DNA of 60,463 bases from a virus (IMGVR_UViG_3300030450_002177:1-60463), one strand, 5' to 3'; counted from the stretch's first letter, positions 28,782 through 39,358 are shown. The notes: generated by a model from the sequence alone, not told the origin. Translations and numbers: made by a program.

Positions 28782-28949
28782 ATGTTAGATACAATATTTA
28801 CAATCATTCAATTAGCGCCTTGGGTTATCTCAGGAGCTTCTTTAATTTGTGCTTTAACCCCAACACCAAAAGACGATCAAATAATAGGTAAAATCTATAA
28901 GTTAATTGATTGGTGTGCAATCAATGTTGGAAAGGCTAAGGAGAAGTAA
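28782..28949 (+). CDS. small membrane protein, holin-like
   Basis: TM helix followed by TPTPKDD; start revised behind AGGAG. Confidence 0.55.
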   Translation: MLDTIFTIIQLAPWVISGASLICALTPTPKDDQIIGKIYKLIDWCAINVGKAKEK

Positions 28950-28950
28950 C

Positions 28951-29133
28951 ATGAGTTGGCTACCAAAAACGTATAAAGACACCATTAAAAAATTCTGGCA
29001 AAACGTCAGGGGTGTTGAAGAAAAAACAGTTAGAGCTAGAACAAAAAAAGGAAGGTATGTAGCTGATGATCCATCTACTCCTGATGTAGATGAAGCTTAT
29101 ACTACAGTAGAAGTCAAAAAGAAAAAAAAGTGA
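28951..29133 (+). CDS. small basic protein (RARxxKGxYxADDPSTPDVxEA)
   Basis: AGGAG SD; start revised. Confidence 0.65.
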   Translation: MSWLPKTYKDTIKKFWQNVRGVEEKTVRARTKKGRYVADDPSTPDVDEAYTTVEVKKKKK

Positions 29134-29312
29134 CTGTCAAAGACGCTTTACATAGAATCGAAACACATGAAAGAGAGTGTAAAATACGTTATGAGCATAT
29201 TGAAAAGCGTCTGGAAGAAGGTAGTGAAAAATTTAAGCGAATCGAAGTTATGTTGTGGGGGTTATATGGAGTCATAGCTATGTCTATGGGACTTTCTCAG
29301 TATTTGAATTAA
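29130..29312 (+). CDS. coiled-coil + C-terminal TM protein (XhlA/holin-like)
   Basis: HExxCxxRY...C-terminal TM. Confidence 0.6.
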   Translation: MTVKDALHRIETHERECKIRYEHIEKRLEEGSEKFKRIEVMLWGLYGVIAMSMGLSQYLN

Positions 29313-29336
29313 AAAAATATAGATAGTGACAGGAGG

Positions 29337-29738
29337 TTGCGAATGAGTGACGACAGAGCTAGTGGTAGATTTGGTGGTGATATGGACCGAAATGAGGTCG
29401 AAATTGACTTGTCCAAATTTATGGAATTGTTGCAAGAACAATCAGCATTAAAAGATCGTATTAGAGAATTAGAAGACGAGACCAACAGAAACCCTCATCA
29501 AAAATGGATTCATTTAGCACAAGCAGTTGATTCTTGGAGAATATTTCCAAGAGCCTTTTTAACTGTGTACATCTTTTTACTTTACTATACTGTCATGTGG
29601 TTTATGGAATTGCCTGAACCAAGTTTTGAGCAATCTGGTTTGATTTCTATAGTTGTTGGTGCTGGAGCTGCGTGGTTTGGATTATATGCAGGAACCACAG
29701 GTTCATCTAAGAGCTTCAAAGGAGAAAAGGATAAATAA
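29337..29738 (+). CDS. putative holin (coiled coil + 2 TM)
   Basis: DxWRIFPR + two TM helices; lysis cassette; possible dual start at 29337/29343. Confidence 0.55.
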   Translation: MRMSDDRASGRFGGDMDRNEVEIDLSKFMELLQEQSALKDRIRELEDETNRNPHQKWIHLAQAVDSWRIFPRAFLTVYIFLLYYTVMWFMELPEPSFEQSGLISIVVGAGAAWFGLYAGTTGSSKSFKGEKDK

Positions 29739-30850
29739 TGTATAAAAAATGCTATTTATTGATGCTTGGTTTAACCCTTTTTGTTGCCAATGTTTACGCT
29801 GATGCACCTGACCAAACTGGAACTGGTTGTGCTAATGGCACACAGTATTGTGAAAATAATAATTTGAATACCACAAATTCCACGACAACAAATAACACAA
29901 ATAATAATACCAATAGCAACACCAATGTTTCAACTAATACCAATTCCAATACCAATGTTTCAACTAATACCAACACTTCAACCTCTACGGCTACTAATTC
30001 CAATACCAACGTAAATACTTCTACGGCAAATAATACCAACGTTAACACTACGACAGCGACTTCAACTGCTACAACCAATAATACCAACGTAAATAATAAC
30101 GTTAATACTTCTACTTCAACATCTGATTCCACAGTAACTTCAACAGTAGATCAAACTGTTACTAACAATACGACAACTAATAATACCAATATATCTAGTT
30201 CAACTAGCAATAACACAAATGTAAATAAAAATGAAAGCAAGTCTGAATCAAACGTACAAACAAACAACGTAAATCAAAACAATAACAACACAGTTTCAGA
30301 AAACACAAATAGGAATATTAATCAAAGCAATTCAACACAAACGATTAAACAAGAAATAGAAACTAAAGCTCCTCCTGCTTCTGCGATAGCTCCTTCTATT
30401 ATGAGCTATAGTCAAGACCTCTGTACTGTAGGTAGATCAGGAGCATTTCAAGGACAAGTATTTGGTATTTCTGGAGGCAGAACAGTTACTGATGAAAACT
30501 GTGAAAGACTTAAACTAAGCAAATACATATATGATATGGGCATGAAAGTAGCTGCTGTATCTATACTTTGCCAAGACACTAGAGTATTTCAAGCAATGGA
30601 AATGGCTGGCACTCCATGTCCTTACATGGGAAAAATAGGTAAAGAAGCAACAGAAGGGTGGGCAACCAATCCCTCACAAAGACCTGATGCCAAAGAATAC
30701 AAAGCTAATTGGATAGCTAACTGTAAAAAAGGTTTAAACCCTAACGACACGGGGTATAACAAAGATGTTGTAAGTGGTGTAAGAAAGGTTTTTACTAAGA
30801 AGAAAAAATCTACTAAACAGTGCAAGAAAGAATGGAACAATGCCTCATAG
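29738..30850 (+). CDS. secreted Asn/Thr-rich protein with Cys-rich C-terminal domain
   Basis: signal peptide; N/T low complexity; APPxSAIAP...DLC...CERLKL...GTPCP. Confidence 0.75.
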   Translation: MYKKCYLLMLGLTLFVANVYADAPDQTGTGCANGTQYCENNNLNTTNSTTTNNTNNNTNSNTNVSTNTNSNTNVSTNTNTSTSTATNSNTNVNTSTANNTNVNTTTATSTATTNNTNVNNNVNTSTSTSDSTVTSTVDQTVTNNTTTNNTNISSSTSNNTNVNKNESKSESNVQTNNVNQNNNNTVSENTNRNINQSNSTQTIKQEIETKAPPASAIAPSIMSYSQDLCTVGRSGAFQGQVFGISGGRTVTDENCERLKLSKYIYDMGMKVAAVSILCQDTRVFQAMEMAGTPCPYMGKIGKEATEGWATNPSQRPDAKEYKANWIANCKKGLNPNDTGYNKDVVSGVRKVFTKKKKSTKQCKKEWNNAS

Positions 30851-33152
30851 AAAAGATAAAGGTCTTATTTGGTGTTTTTCTGCAAGTTTAATTTTATCAG
30901 CGATTTTTTCATTAGGCGTTAATAGCCTTAAAGCTGAATATATTTATGAAGCCAATCAACCTTTATATCATTTACAAACAAACGCTAATAATTTTGAAGG
31001 AGAATTAGCTTATTCAATTTCTGACGATGGCGTTTCTCCTGTTGTAGATTTATCTTTTAATTTTACTTTCTATGGAGAAACTTTTAGCCAAGCCAGAATA
31101 GCAACTAATGGTTGTTTGCATTTTAAAACCACAGGTTCATACTGTAATGACTACACACCAGACCCATTAACAGGACAGCACACCTATACACTATATCCCT
31201 TTTGGACGGACTTAATTAGAGATAACAACTCAAGAATAAAATCTTGGGGAGATTCTTCTAAGATGATATTTGGTTGGTATGATTTAAGAGAATACAACAG
31301 AAGCAATACAGACAATAGTTTTGAGGTAATACTTTGGTCAAATAATACGTTTGAATACAGATATGGCGCTTTAAACGTAATTAACCATGACGTATTAATT
31401 GGTGAAATAGGTAGTGGGACCTCAGAAAGCTATACTTATTTGTACCATGATGAATGTAGCACAGGCACAACCAATTCTAGTTCATGTGTAAACACTAATT
31501 GGAATAACACTTCATTTAATACATTGTTAGAAAATGGTGGTTCTTTATATGGAGTAGGAACAGGCAATTCTATAGACTGTAGCGACCCTTTGAACGATGA
31601 ATCTTGTTCAGGGTATGCAGCAGCTTATCTAACTCAACAATGTAATCTGGATTCGCTGTATAGTCAGTCCTGTCCTTACTATTGGGAGGCTTATGATGAC
31701 CAACAGTGTGACGAAGACCCACAATACGCACCTTTTTGTGCTGGTTATACCCAAGAAGCATCAGTAGCTTATTTTGTAGAAGATAACTTTGATTATGGTT
31801 ATCAGGATGATATGCAGGGTGGAAACTTTAGTTTTGATGATAACTTTGGGTATGAAGAAGATGTTTTTTCTTACATAGAAGGGTTTGATTTTGAACAAAA
31901 TGAAGAAGTATTAGTTTTTGAATATGAAGATGTTTTTATTGAATTTGATTTTGAAGAAACTTTTGCTGGAGACTTTGATCCATTACCAGATTTTAACGTA
32001 ATAAATGATGTTTATGAAATCCAATTATTTGAAGAGCCTGAGTTTCTGTTATCTTATGATGAACTTGAAAGAAACGATGTAATTACAATTAACCCAAGTG
32101 AAGAATTAATAGAAGAATTTATATTACAAGAAACTGTTTTAGTAGAGGATTTTGAACAAATTAATACCTTTATAGATTTTGAAACTATAGAAGAACTTGA
32201 TGAATGGTTTGAAGAAGAAATTAGAGAAGAAATAGCAGAAGAAAGAACAGAAGAAGAGGCTGAAGAAGAACTTTATGCTGAAGAAGAAGTTTTTGAAGAA
32301 GAGGTAGTAGAAGAAGTATTTGAAGATATAGAAGAACAGTTTGTAGAAGAAAGAGTTGCTATAGAAGAAAGAGAAGAAGAGGTAATTGAAGAAGAATTAG
32401 AGTTAGTTGCAGAAGAAACAACATCAAGAAGTGGAATAACATCAACCATGTTAAATGTTGTAAACCAATCTATAAGGACAGCAACTAATAGCAATTCTTC
32501 TAGTGGTTCTTCTAGTGGTTATTCAAGTGGAAGTAATAGTGGTGGAAATGTAAACAGTAGTGCTGTTAATTCTTCTGTAACAGGTGGTGGAATTAGTACA
32601 AGCAGCTCACCAAGCATGTCTGACCAAATAGTTTCAGCAAATGTTCAAACAAATACGATTCTTTCTTTAAGCCAAGATACTAGCAGCATGTCTGGTGGCA
32701 GCTCACAAACAGTTAGTAATGTATCTACAGTTATAACACCTATGCCAACATTTGATACTAACCCACAAGTAGTTATGGCAGATGTTCAGGTACAAAATAT
32801 GCAAGGTGAAATAGACACAGCAGTATCAGGAGTTATGACAGCAAGCGAAGCAGATCAAATTGCAGATGAAATTATTGCTAATAACATTAAAGAGCAACAA
32901 GAACAGGCAGAAACAGAACAAGCAGAAACTGGACAATACGCAGACCAATCAACATTAGTGGCTTATTTGGGCTATGTTCAGGGCTTTGATGCGTACAGAG
33001 AAGTCAACATACCTCAAGCAGACGCTTGGTATGAAGATAAAACTATTTATGATAATATTGGTATTAGTGACAATATAAATGCTTTTTATACCCTTGCTAG
33101 TGACAATATAAATATGATAAATAAGATAATAGGACAACAACCAAATTTGTAG
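30840..33152 (+). CDS. secreted protein with NIDO-like domain, Cys repeats and Glu-rich region
   Basis: signal peptide; DDG.S....L.F.F.FYG...TNG, PFWTDL; CxxDPxxxxxCxGY repeats. Confidence 0.7.
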   Translation: MPHRKDKGLIWCFSASLILSAIFSLGVNSLKAEYIYEANQPLYHLQTNANNFEGELAYSISDDGVSPVVDLSFNFTFYGETFSQARIATNGCLHFKTTGSYCNDYTPDPLTGQHTYTLYPFWTDLIRDNNSRIKSWGDSSKMIFGWYDLREYNRSNTDNSFEVILWSNNTFEYRYGALNVINHDVLIGEIGSGTSESYTYLYHDECSTGTTNSSSCVNTNWNNTSFNTLLENGGSLYGVGTGNSIDCSDPLNDESCSGYAAAYLTQQCNLDSLYSQSCPYYWEAYDDQQCDEDPQYAPFCAGYTQEASVAYFVEDNFDYGYQDDMQGGNFSFDDNFGYEEDVFSYIEGFDFEQNEEVLVFEYEDVFIEFDFEETFAGDFDPLPDFNVINDVYEIQLFEEPEFLLSYDELERNDVITINPSEELIEEFILQETVLVEDFEQINTFIDFETIEELDEWFEEEIREEIAEERTEEEAEEELYAEEEVFEEEVVEEVFEDIEEQFVEERVAIEEREEEVIEEELELVAEETTSRSGITSTMLNVVNQSIRTATNSNSSSGSSSGYSSGSNSGGNVNSSAVNSSVTGGGISTSSSPSMSDQIVSANVQTNTILSLSQDTSSMSGGSSQTVSNVSTVITPMPTFDTNPQVVMADVQVQNMQGEIDTAVSGVMTASEADQIADEIIANNIKEQQEQAETEQAETGQYADQSTLVAYLGYVQGFDAYREVNIPQADAWYEDKTIYDNIGISDNINAFYTLASDNINMINKIIGQQPNL

Positions 33153-33161
33153 GAGAATGAT

Positions 33162-33506
33162 ATGGATTGGTTTCAAAATAAAACAACTCAATTAATAGCT
33201 TTAGTATCGATTGTAGGTACTTTGGCTGGTTTTGGTTATACAGGAGCTACTTACGTTAATCGTTTAGAAAATCTTGAAGCTAAAATAGGTGGTTTAGGTG
33301 AGACAGAAGATGCTCAACAGGCTATAGAAGAACGTTTTGCTAGTATAGAAACTCAAGTTCAATATTTAGAAAAAGAAATAAATAGTATAGAAATACCTGA
33401 TAATAGCGATACTCAAGCATCTGTAGCTGCTTTAACAAGTGATGTAGAAAGAATCTGGATTGAATTAGATAAGTTAGAAGACAGTAAAAATCCTTTAGCT
33501 AATTAA
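33162..33506 (+). CDS. TM + coiled-coil protein
   Basis: N-terminal TM, heptads, terminal NPLAN. Confidence 0.7.
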   Translation: MDWFQNKTTQLIALVSIVGTLAGFGYTGATYVNRLENLEAKIGGLGETEDAQQAIEERFASIETQVQYLEKEINSIEIPDNSDTQASVAALTSDVERIWIELDKLEDSKNPLAN

Positions 33507-33508
33507 TT

Positions 33509-33910
33509 ATGAAAATAGGTCTAATAATGGGTGGTTTATTATTAGCCACAATCGCTGGTTCAGCTTATTGGATAGACAGATTACAAGACAATATTGGCAC
33601 ATTAAAAGGCAATCAAATAATTCTTGAAACTAAAATACAAGAACAAAACGAAGCTATTGAAAATCATCTTAATAAACAGAAACAAACACAAAATCAATTA
33701 ATTGCTTTAGAAAAAGAAAAGCAAGAAGCAATGCGTGATGTAAATAAATTAAGAAAAACATTTGCTTCACATGATTTGGATGAACTAACACTAGAAAAAC
33801 CAGAGCTTATGGAAGGCAAAATTAACAGAGCTTCAAAACGAGTTTTAGAAAAATTAGAAGAATTAACAGACCCAAACCAATTTGATGAAAAAGATAGCAA
33901 TAATAGTTAG
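33509..33910 (+). CDS. putative i-spanin (Rz-like)
   Basis: N-terminal TM + long coiled coil; overlaps lipoprotein gene. Confidence 0.65.
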   Translation: MKIGLIMGGLLLATIAGSAYWIDRLQDNIGTLKGNQIILETKIQEQNEAIENHLNKQKQTQNQLIALEKEKQEAMRDVNKLRKTFASHDLDELTLEKPELMEGKINRASKRVLEKLEELTDPNQFDEKDSNNS

Positions 33911-34256
33911 TTTTATACTAATAGCATCTGGTTGTTCCTTGATACCAGCTAAAGCCAAGCCTGTTTCAGTGACTACAATAGCTGAAAGACCCCCTATGTA
34001 TCATCCACCACTGCCAATGGAAGTACAAATGGACCCTGTTGAATGGGAAATAATGACTCCAGAAAGAATGGAAGAATATCTAACTAATCTTGAAAAGGGC
34101 GAAGCACCAAGAAGGGCTTATTACACTTTATCTAGCAAAGAATACGAACATTTAAGCATGGATATGGCAGACATTACTAGGTACATAAAAGAAATATTAG
34201 GTATTGTTAAATTTTACAGAGATTATGATAATGACGAAGAAAAAAAAGATGAGTAA
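33882..34256 (+). CDS. putative o-spanin lipoprotein (Rz1-like)
   Basis: lipobox ASG-C, Pro-rich segment. Confidence 0.65.
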   Translation: MMKKIAIIVSFILIASGCSLIPAKAKPVSVTTIAERPPMYHPPLPMEVQMDPVEWEIMTPERMEEYLTNLEKGEAPRRAYYTLSSKEYEHLSMDMADITRYIKEILGIVKFYRDYDNDEEKKDE

Positions 34257-34626
34257 TTCACCAGACGAGTTTGTTTATAGAGCAACGCTGGATAGAATTA
34301 TAGACGGAGATACTTTTGACTGCGTTTTAGACCTAGGTTTTGATGTAAAATTACACAAACAAAGGGTAAGGTTAGCTGGCATCGACACTCCAGAAAGCCG
34401 TACTAGAAATTTAGCTGAAAAAGCTCTTGGACTAAAGGCAAAAGAAAGACTTAAAGAACTTTGTGTAGGTACGTTCAAGGTTAAATCACTTGGTAAAGGT
34501 AAATATGGCAGGATTCTTGGTATACCTTATACAGAAGATGGAGAGGATATTTGTCAAAAACTTATATCTGAAGGACATGCTGTTAAGTATGAAGGTGGCA
34601 CTAAAACAAAAATATGGGGAAAATAA
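34249..34626 (+). CDS. thermonuclease (SNase family)
   Basis: IIDGDT, RVRLAGIDTPE, GKYGRIL; start revised. Confidence 0.9.
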   Translation: MSNSPDEFVYRATLDRIIDGDTFDCVLDLGFDVKLHKQRVRLAGIDTPESRTRNLAEKALGLKAKERLKELCVGTFKVKSLGKGKYGRILGIPYTEDGEDICQKLISEGHAVKYEGGTKTKIWGK

Positions 34627-34627
34627 A

Positions 34628-35071
34628 ATGGAAATATCGCAGGAAGGACTGGCACTAATTAAATATTTTGAAGGTTGTGAGCTTGAGGCATACAAATGTC
34701 CAGCTGGTGTGTGGACTATAGGTTACGGACACACAAAAGATGTCAAAGAAGGTGACAGAATTAATAAAGATGAAGCAAATCATTTGTTAGAAGAAGAAAT
34801 GATAGAGTATGAAAGTTATGTAAATGACATGGTTGAAGTTGACCTTAATCAAAGTCAATTCGACTCTTTGTGTGCATGGATTTATAATTTAGGACCAACA
34901 AATTTTGCTAATTCAACGCTCCGAAAAGTCTTAAATGAAGGAAAATATGATGAAGTTCCACAACAAATCAAAAGATGGAATAAAGCTGGTGGTGAAGTAT
35001 TGACTGGTTTAATAAGACGTAGAGAAGCAGAAGCATTACTTTTTCAAGGTAAAGAATGGCATGAGGTATAA
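34628..35071 (+). CDS. endolysin, GH24 lysozyme
   Basis: FEG..L.AY.CPAGVWTIGYGHT, GLxRRRxAE; start revised. Confidence 0.92.
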   Translation: MEISQEGLALIKYFEGCELEAYKCPAGVWTIGYGHTKDVKEGDRINKDEANHLLEEEMIEYESYVNDMVEVDLNQSQFDSLCAWIYNLGPTNFANSTLRKVLNEGKYDEVPQQIKRWNKAGGEVLTGLIRRREAEALLFQGKEWHEV

Positions 35072-35098
35072 ATCAATGAAATGCCTTATACTTAGCTT

Positions 35099-35166
35099 AT
35101 GTGCTACTCCATTAGCACTAGGGCTAGGTAGTACCAATGTATGTCACTATCAAGCTACCTAGCCTG
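35099..35166 (+). ncRNA. two-hairpin RNA / terL leader, candidate antisense regulator
   Basis: TATACT -10 at 35087; hairpins GTGCTA/TAGCAC (loop CTCCAT) and GGCTAGGTAG/CTACCTAGCC. Confidence 0.55.
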
Positions 35167-35177
35167 CTTTTAAAGGT

Positions 35178-36665
35178 ATGAAAAACGTATCTATAAAAGA
35201 TTTTGATATTTTGTCTGAGCAAGACAAAACAGAGGCTATAGCCCTATTAAACCGTTATGAGCAAATAGATAAGCAGTCTAATTGTCATGTAGATTTCTTG
35301 TCTTTTGTTAAACACATGTGGGGCGACACTTTTATTGAAGGTCGTCATCATAAGATTATCGCTGATAAATTCAATCGTATAGCACAAGGCAAACTAAAAA
35401 GACTAATTGTTTGCTTACCCCCTAGACACTCTAAATCAGAATTTGCTTCAACCTTCTTTCCAGCTTGGATGATGGGCTTAAACGGTTCTTTAAAGATAAT
35501 ACAATGTACACACACAGCCGAACTAGCTGTCAGGTTCGGTAGAAAAGTAAGAAACCTTATTGATAGTGAAGATTTTAAGTTTATTTTTCCTAATTTAAAA
35601 TTACAAGCAGACAATAAAAGTGCTGGTAGGTGGACAACAAACGAAGAAGGTGAGTCTTTCTACGCTGGTGTAGGTGGAGCTATTACGGGTCGTGGTGCTG
35701 ATTTATTGATTATTGACGATCCTCATTCTGAGCAGGACGCTCTTTCTCCTAAAGCATTAGAATCAGCTTATGAGTGGTATACATCAGGTCCTAGGCAGAG
35801 GTTACAGCCGGGAGGCACCATAGTCATAGTAATGACTCGTTGGAGCACGAAAGATTTGGTTGGTAAAGTATTGAAGAAGCAGGGTGAAGAGAACGCAGAC
35901 CAATGGGAAGTGATTGAGTTTCCAGCAATTATGCCAGAAACAGACAAACCATTGTGGGGCGAGTTTTGGAAAAAAGAAGAATTACTTAGCGTTAAAGCAT
36001 CACTTCCAGTAGCTAAATGGAACTCACAATGGATGCAAGACCCTACAGCTGAAGAAGGTTCAATCGTAAAAAGAGAATGGTGGAGAAAGTGGGCTGGAGA
36101 AAATGTGCCAGAATATGATTATGTTATACAAAGTTATGATACTGCGTTTTCTAAGAAAGATACTGCTGACTATTCTGCAATAACAACTTGGGCTATTTTT
36201 ATAGATGAAGAGAACGACATGCCCAATATAATCCTATTAGACGCAAAAAGGGTTAGGGTGGACTTTCCTGAGCTAAAACGATTAGCTTTTGATGAGTACA
36301 AGTATTGGGAGCCAGACTGTGTATTAATAGAAGCTAAAGCATCAGGAACGCCTCTTACACAGGAATTAAGGCGTATGGGAATACCAGTAACTGCTTATTC
36401 CCCAAGCAGAGGACAAGACAAAATTGCCAGAATGAATAGTGTTGCGCCAATCTTTGAATCTGGAATGGTTTGGATGCCAGAAGAAACTTTTGCAGAAGAA
36501 GTGGTTGAAGAGATGGCTAGTTTCCCTTATGGTGATAACGATGACTATTGCGATAGTGCCACGATGGCTTTAATGCGTTTTAGACAGGGTGGTTTTTTGT
36601 CATTAAAAGAAGACTATCAAGATGAGGTAAAATTACTAAAAAGAGACAGGACGGTTTATTATTAA
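35178..36665 (+). CDS. terL: terminase large subunit
   Basis: PPRHSKS Walker A, LLIIDD Walker B, SYDTA / IEAKASG / DDYCD nuclease motifs. Confidence 0.95.
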   Translation: MKNVSIKDFDILSEQDKTEAIALLNRYEQIDKQSNCHVDFLSFVKHMWGDTFIEGRHHKIIADKFNRIAQGKLKRLIVCLPPRHSKSEFASTFFPAWMMGLNGSLKIIQCTHTAELAVRFGRKVRNLIDSEDFKFIFPNLKLQADNKSAGRWTTNEEGESFYAGVGGAITGRGADLLIIDDPHSEQDALSPKALESAYEWYTSGPRQRLQPGGTIVIVMTRWSTKDLVGKVLKKQGEENADQWEVIEFPAIMPETDKPLWGEFWKKEELLSVKASLPVAKWNSQWMQDPTAEEGSIVKREWWRKWAGENVPEYDYVIQSYDTAFSKKDTADYSAITTWAIFIDEENDMPNIILLDAKRVRVDFPELKRLAFDEYKYWEPDCVLIEAKASGTPLTQELRRMGIPVTAYSPSRGQDKIARMNSVAPIFESGMVWMPEETFAEEVVEEMASFPYGDNDDYCDSATMALMRFRQGGFLSLKEDYQDEVKLLKRDRTVYY

Positions 36666-36862
36666 TGCGTATTTGGGTAACTTCTTTTGTATGGGATGGC
36701 ATAGAATATGTGGGACCTAGCATTTATGCTAAAACAAAAGAAACTGCATTAGCAGTAGCTGAGTCAGAAGGATTAGTGCTTGAAGGAGAGCTTGTTGGAT
36801 ATGTGCCAATAGAAGATTTGGACGAACCACAAGGGACAACTGATAAAATAATGTTACACTAG
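36665..36862 (+). CDS. hypothetical protein
   Basis: TAATG coupling between terL and portal. Confidence 0.65.
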   Translation: MRIWVTSFVWDGIEYVGPSIYAKTKETALAVAESEGLVLEGELVGYVPIEDLDEPQGTTDKIMLH

Positions 36863-36870
36863 GGTTTGAT

Positions 36871-39357
36871 ATGGCAATAGAAAGAGTATTAGGAACAGAA
36901 AACGATCCAGATATAGTAGATTTAGACACATCTGTTGAGGTTATACCAGAACAATCAAGACAAGATCAAATAAGAGAAGCTGCTAATATTTTGGTGCAAG
37001 ATGAACAAGTCTTCACTGAAGAAGAATTAATGCAAGAACCAGAACAAGTGCAAGATTCTTTTTTTGATAACTTAGCTGAATTTGTAGAAGAAGACGAATT
37101 AAACAAACTGGCTTCTAACTTGATAGATTCTATAAAAAACGACTTAGAATCGAGAAGCGAGTGGGAAAAGACCTATAAAGACGGTCTCCAATATCTAGGC
37201 ATGAAGTTTGATGAAAGTCGTTCACAGCCGTTTCAAGGCTCTAGTGGTGTTATTCACCCTATTTTGGCAGAAGCCGTTACCCAGTTCCAAGGTCAGGCAT
37301 ATAAGGAGCTACTACCAACTAAAGGACCTGTAAAAACTCAGATAATCGGTCAAAGAACGGCAGAAACAGAATCGCAAGCAGAAAGGGTGCAAGAGTTTAT
37401 GAACTATTACATATTGAATGTAATGGAAGATTATGACCCAGAACTAGACCAAATGCTTTTCTATTTACCTTTAGCTGGTTCAGCCTTTAAGAAAATTTAC
37501 TTTGATTTTGTGTTAAATAGAGCTGTATCTAAATTTATACCACCAGAAGATTTAATCGTACCTTACGAAGCTCCTGACATATCTACAGCTGAAAGAGTGA
37601 CACACGTTATTAGCATGTCTAGGAATGAGGTTAAAAAACAACAATTATCTGGTTTTTACGCAAACGTAGAAATTCCAGAAGAATCTTATGAAGATCGTGA
37701 CGATGTAACTGAAGAAATAGACGAAATTCAAGGAATATCACCGAGTTATACAGAAGATCGCAACCGTACTATATATGAAGTACACACAATACTTGATTTA
37801 CAAGGCTATGAAGACTTGGATGCAGAGGGCGTTCCAACTGGCTTGAAGCTACCATACATAGTAACCATAGATAAACAATCAAGCACAGTTTTATCCATTA
37901 GGCGTAATTTTAACCCTCAAGACGTTTCTAAAAATAAGATTAACTATTTTGTGCAATATAAGTTTTTACCGGGATTAGGTTTTTACGGCTTAGGCTTGTC
38001 GCACATGATAGGGGGTCTTTCTAAGGCAACAACCTCTATTTTAAGACAGCTTATTGATGCTGGTACTTTAGCTAATTTACCAGCTGGCTTTAAAGCTAGA
38101 GGTATGCGTATAAGAGATGAAGCCGATCCATTGCAACCCGGTGAATTTAGAGATATAGATACTACAGGTGGGTCATTGAGAGAAAACTTAATACCATTAC
38201 CAATTAAAGAGCCAAGCAACGTGTTAATGCAACTTTTAGCCATATTGGTTGACTCAGGGAAGCGTTTTGCAGCCATATCAGACATGAATGTTGGTGATAT
38301 GAACCAAGCGATGCCAGTAGGAACTACAGTGGCGTTATTAGAGCGTGGCACTAAAGTTATGAGCGCTATACATAAGCGTCTACATTATGCACAAAGGTTA
38401 GAATTTAATCTTTTAGCTAAAGTGTTTGCAGACTACCTACCTCCTACTTACGACTATGAAACTGGTTCAGGTCCTAGAGATATTAAGCTGAGTGATTTTG
38501 ATGAGCGTGTCGATATTATTCCTGTATCTGACCCTAACATATTTTCTCAGAGCCAAAGAATAACTATGGCACAAGAGCTTCTACAAATGGTTCAATCTAA
38601 CCCACAGGTGCATGGACCAACTGGTATATATGAAGCCTACAGCAGAATGTACAGTGCATTAGGGGTTGATAATATTGAGTCTTTATTACAACCTCCACCA
38701 GACATGACCCCAAAACCTGTAGATGCAGGCTTAGAAAATAGTGGTTTATTGTTAGGACAACCAGCTCAAGCATTTGAACAACAGAACCATGAAGCACACA
38801 TAGAAGCGCATCAAAGTTTATTTTTAACGAAGGTTGTAAAAGAGAATCCACAAATACAATCTTTAATAATAAGTCATGTTATGCAACATATTCAGTTTTT
38901 TGCTAGTCAGTTGGCACAAGAGCAAATGCCTCCTGAATTGCAACAAAGAATAGCTGCTTTACAAGCACAAATGCAACAGGTTACTCCAGAACAGGCGCAA
39001 CAAATACAGCAAGAGCTACAGATGATGATGGATCAAATGAGCTCACCTATATTGGCTGAACTAACCAATCAATTCTTATCTTCAATAGGACAATCAGATG
39101 AGACTGATCCTTTGGTTGCAATAAGACAACAAGAATTAGCCTTAAAAGACAAAGAACTTGATATAGATGCAGAACAGTTTGAATTAAAACAACAAGCTAT
39201 GTCTGACAATGCTATGCTTGATGCACAATTACAACAAAGACGTTTAGATGTACAAAAGACCATAGCTGATGATAAACTTCAAGTAGCTTTAGACAGATTA
39301 CAACAACAGGCTGAATTTAAGCTGATGGAGTTAGAATTAAAAATGAGAGGAAATTGA
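36871..39357 (+). CDS. portal protein (P22-like with Gln-rich barrel)
   Basis: position after terL; F.PG.GFYG.G, DAGTL.N; long Q-rich coiled-coil C-terminus. Confidence 0.88.
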   Translation: MAIERVLGTENDPDIVDLDTSVEVIPEQSRQDQIREAANILVQDEQVFTEEELMQEPEQVQDSFFDNLAEFVEEDELNKLASNLIDSIKNDLESRSEWEKTYKDGLQYLGMKFDESRSQPFQGSSGVIHPILAEAVTQFQGQAYKELLPTKGPVKTQIIGQRTAETESQAERVQEFMNYYILNVMEDYDPELDQMLFYLPLAGSAFKKIYFDFVLNRAVSKFIPPEDLIVPYEAPDISTAERVTHVISMSRNEVKKQQLSGFYANVEIPEESYEDRDDVTEEIDEIQGISPSYTEDRNRTIYEVHTILDLQGYEDLDAEGVPTGLKLPYIVTIDKQSSTVLSIRRNFNPQDVSKNKINYFVQYKFLPGLGFYGLGLSHMIGGLSKATTSILRQLIDAGTLANLPAGFKARGMRIRDEADPLQPGEFRDIDTTGGSLRENLIPLPIKEPSNVLMQLLAILVDSGKRFAAISDMNVGDMNQAMPVGTTVALLERGTKVMSAIHKRLHYAQRLEFNLLAKVFADYLPPTYDYETGSGPRDIKLSDFDERVDIIPVSDPNIFSQSQRITMAQELLQMVQSNPQVHGPTGIYEAYSRMYSALGVDNIESLLQPPPDMTPKPVDAGLENSGLLLGQPAQAFEQQNHEAHIEAHQSLFLTKVVKENPQIQSLIISHVMQHIQFFASQLAQEQMPPELQQRIAALQAQMQQVTPEQAQQIQQELQMMMDQMSSPILAELTNQFLSSIGQSDETDPLVAIRQQELALKDKELDIDAEQFELKQQAMSDNAMLDAQLQQRRLDVQKTIADDKLQVALDRLQQQAEFKLMELELKMRGN

Positions 39358-39358
39358 T

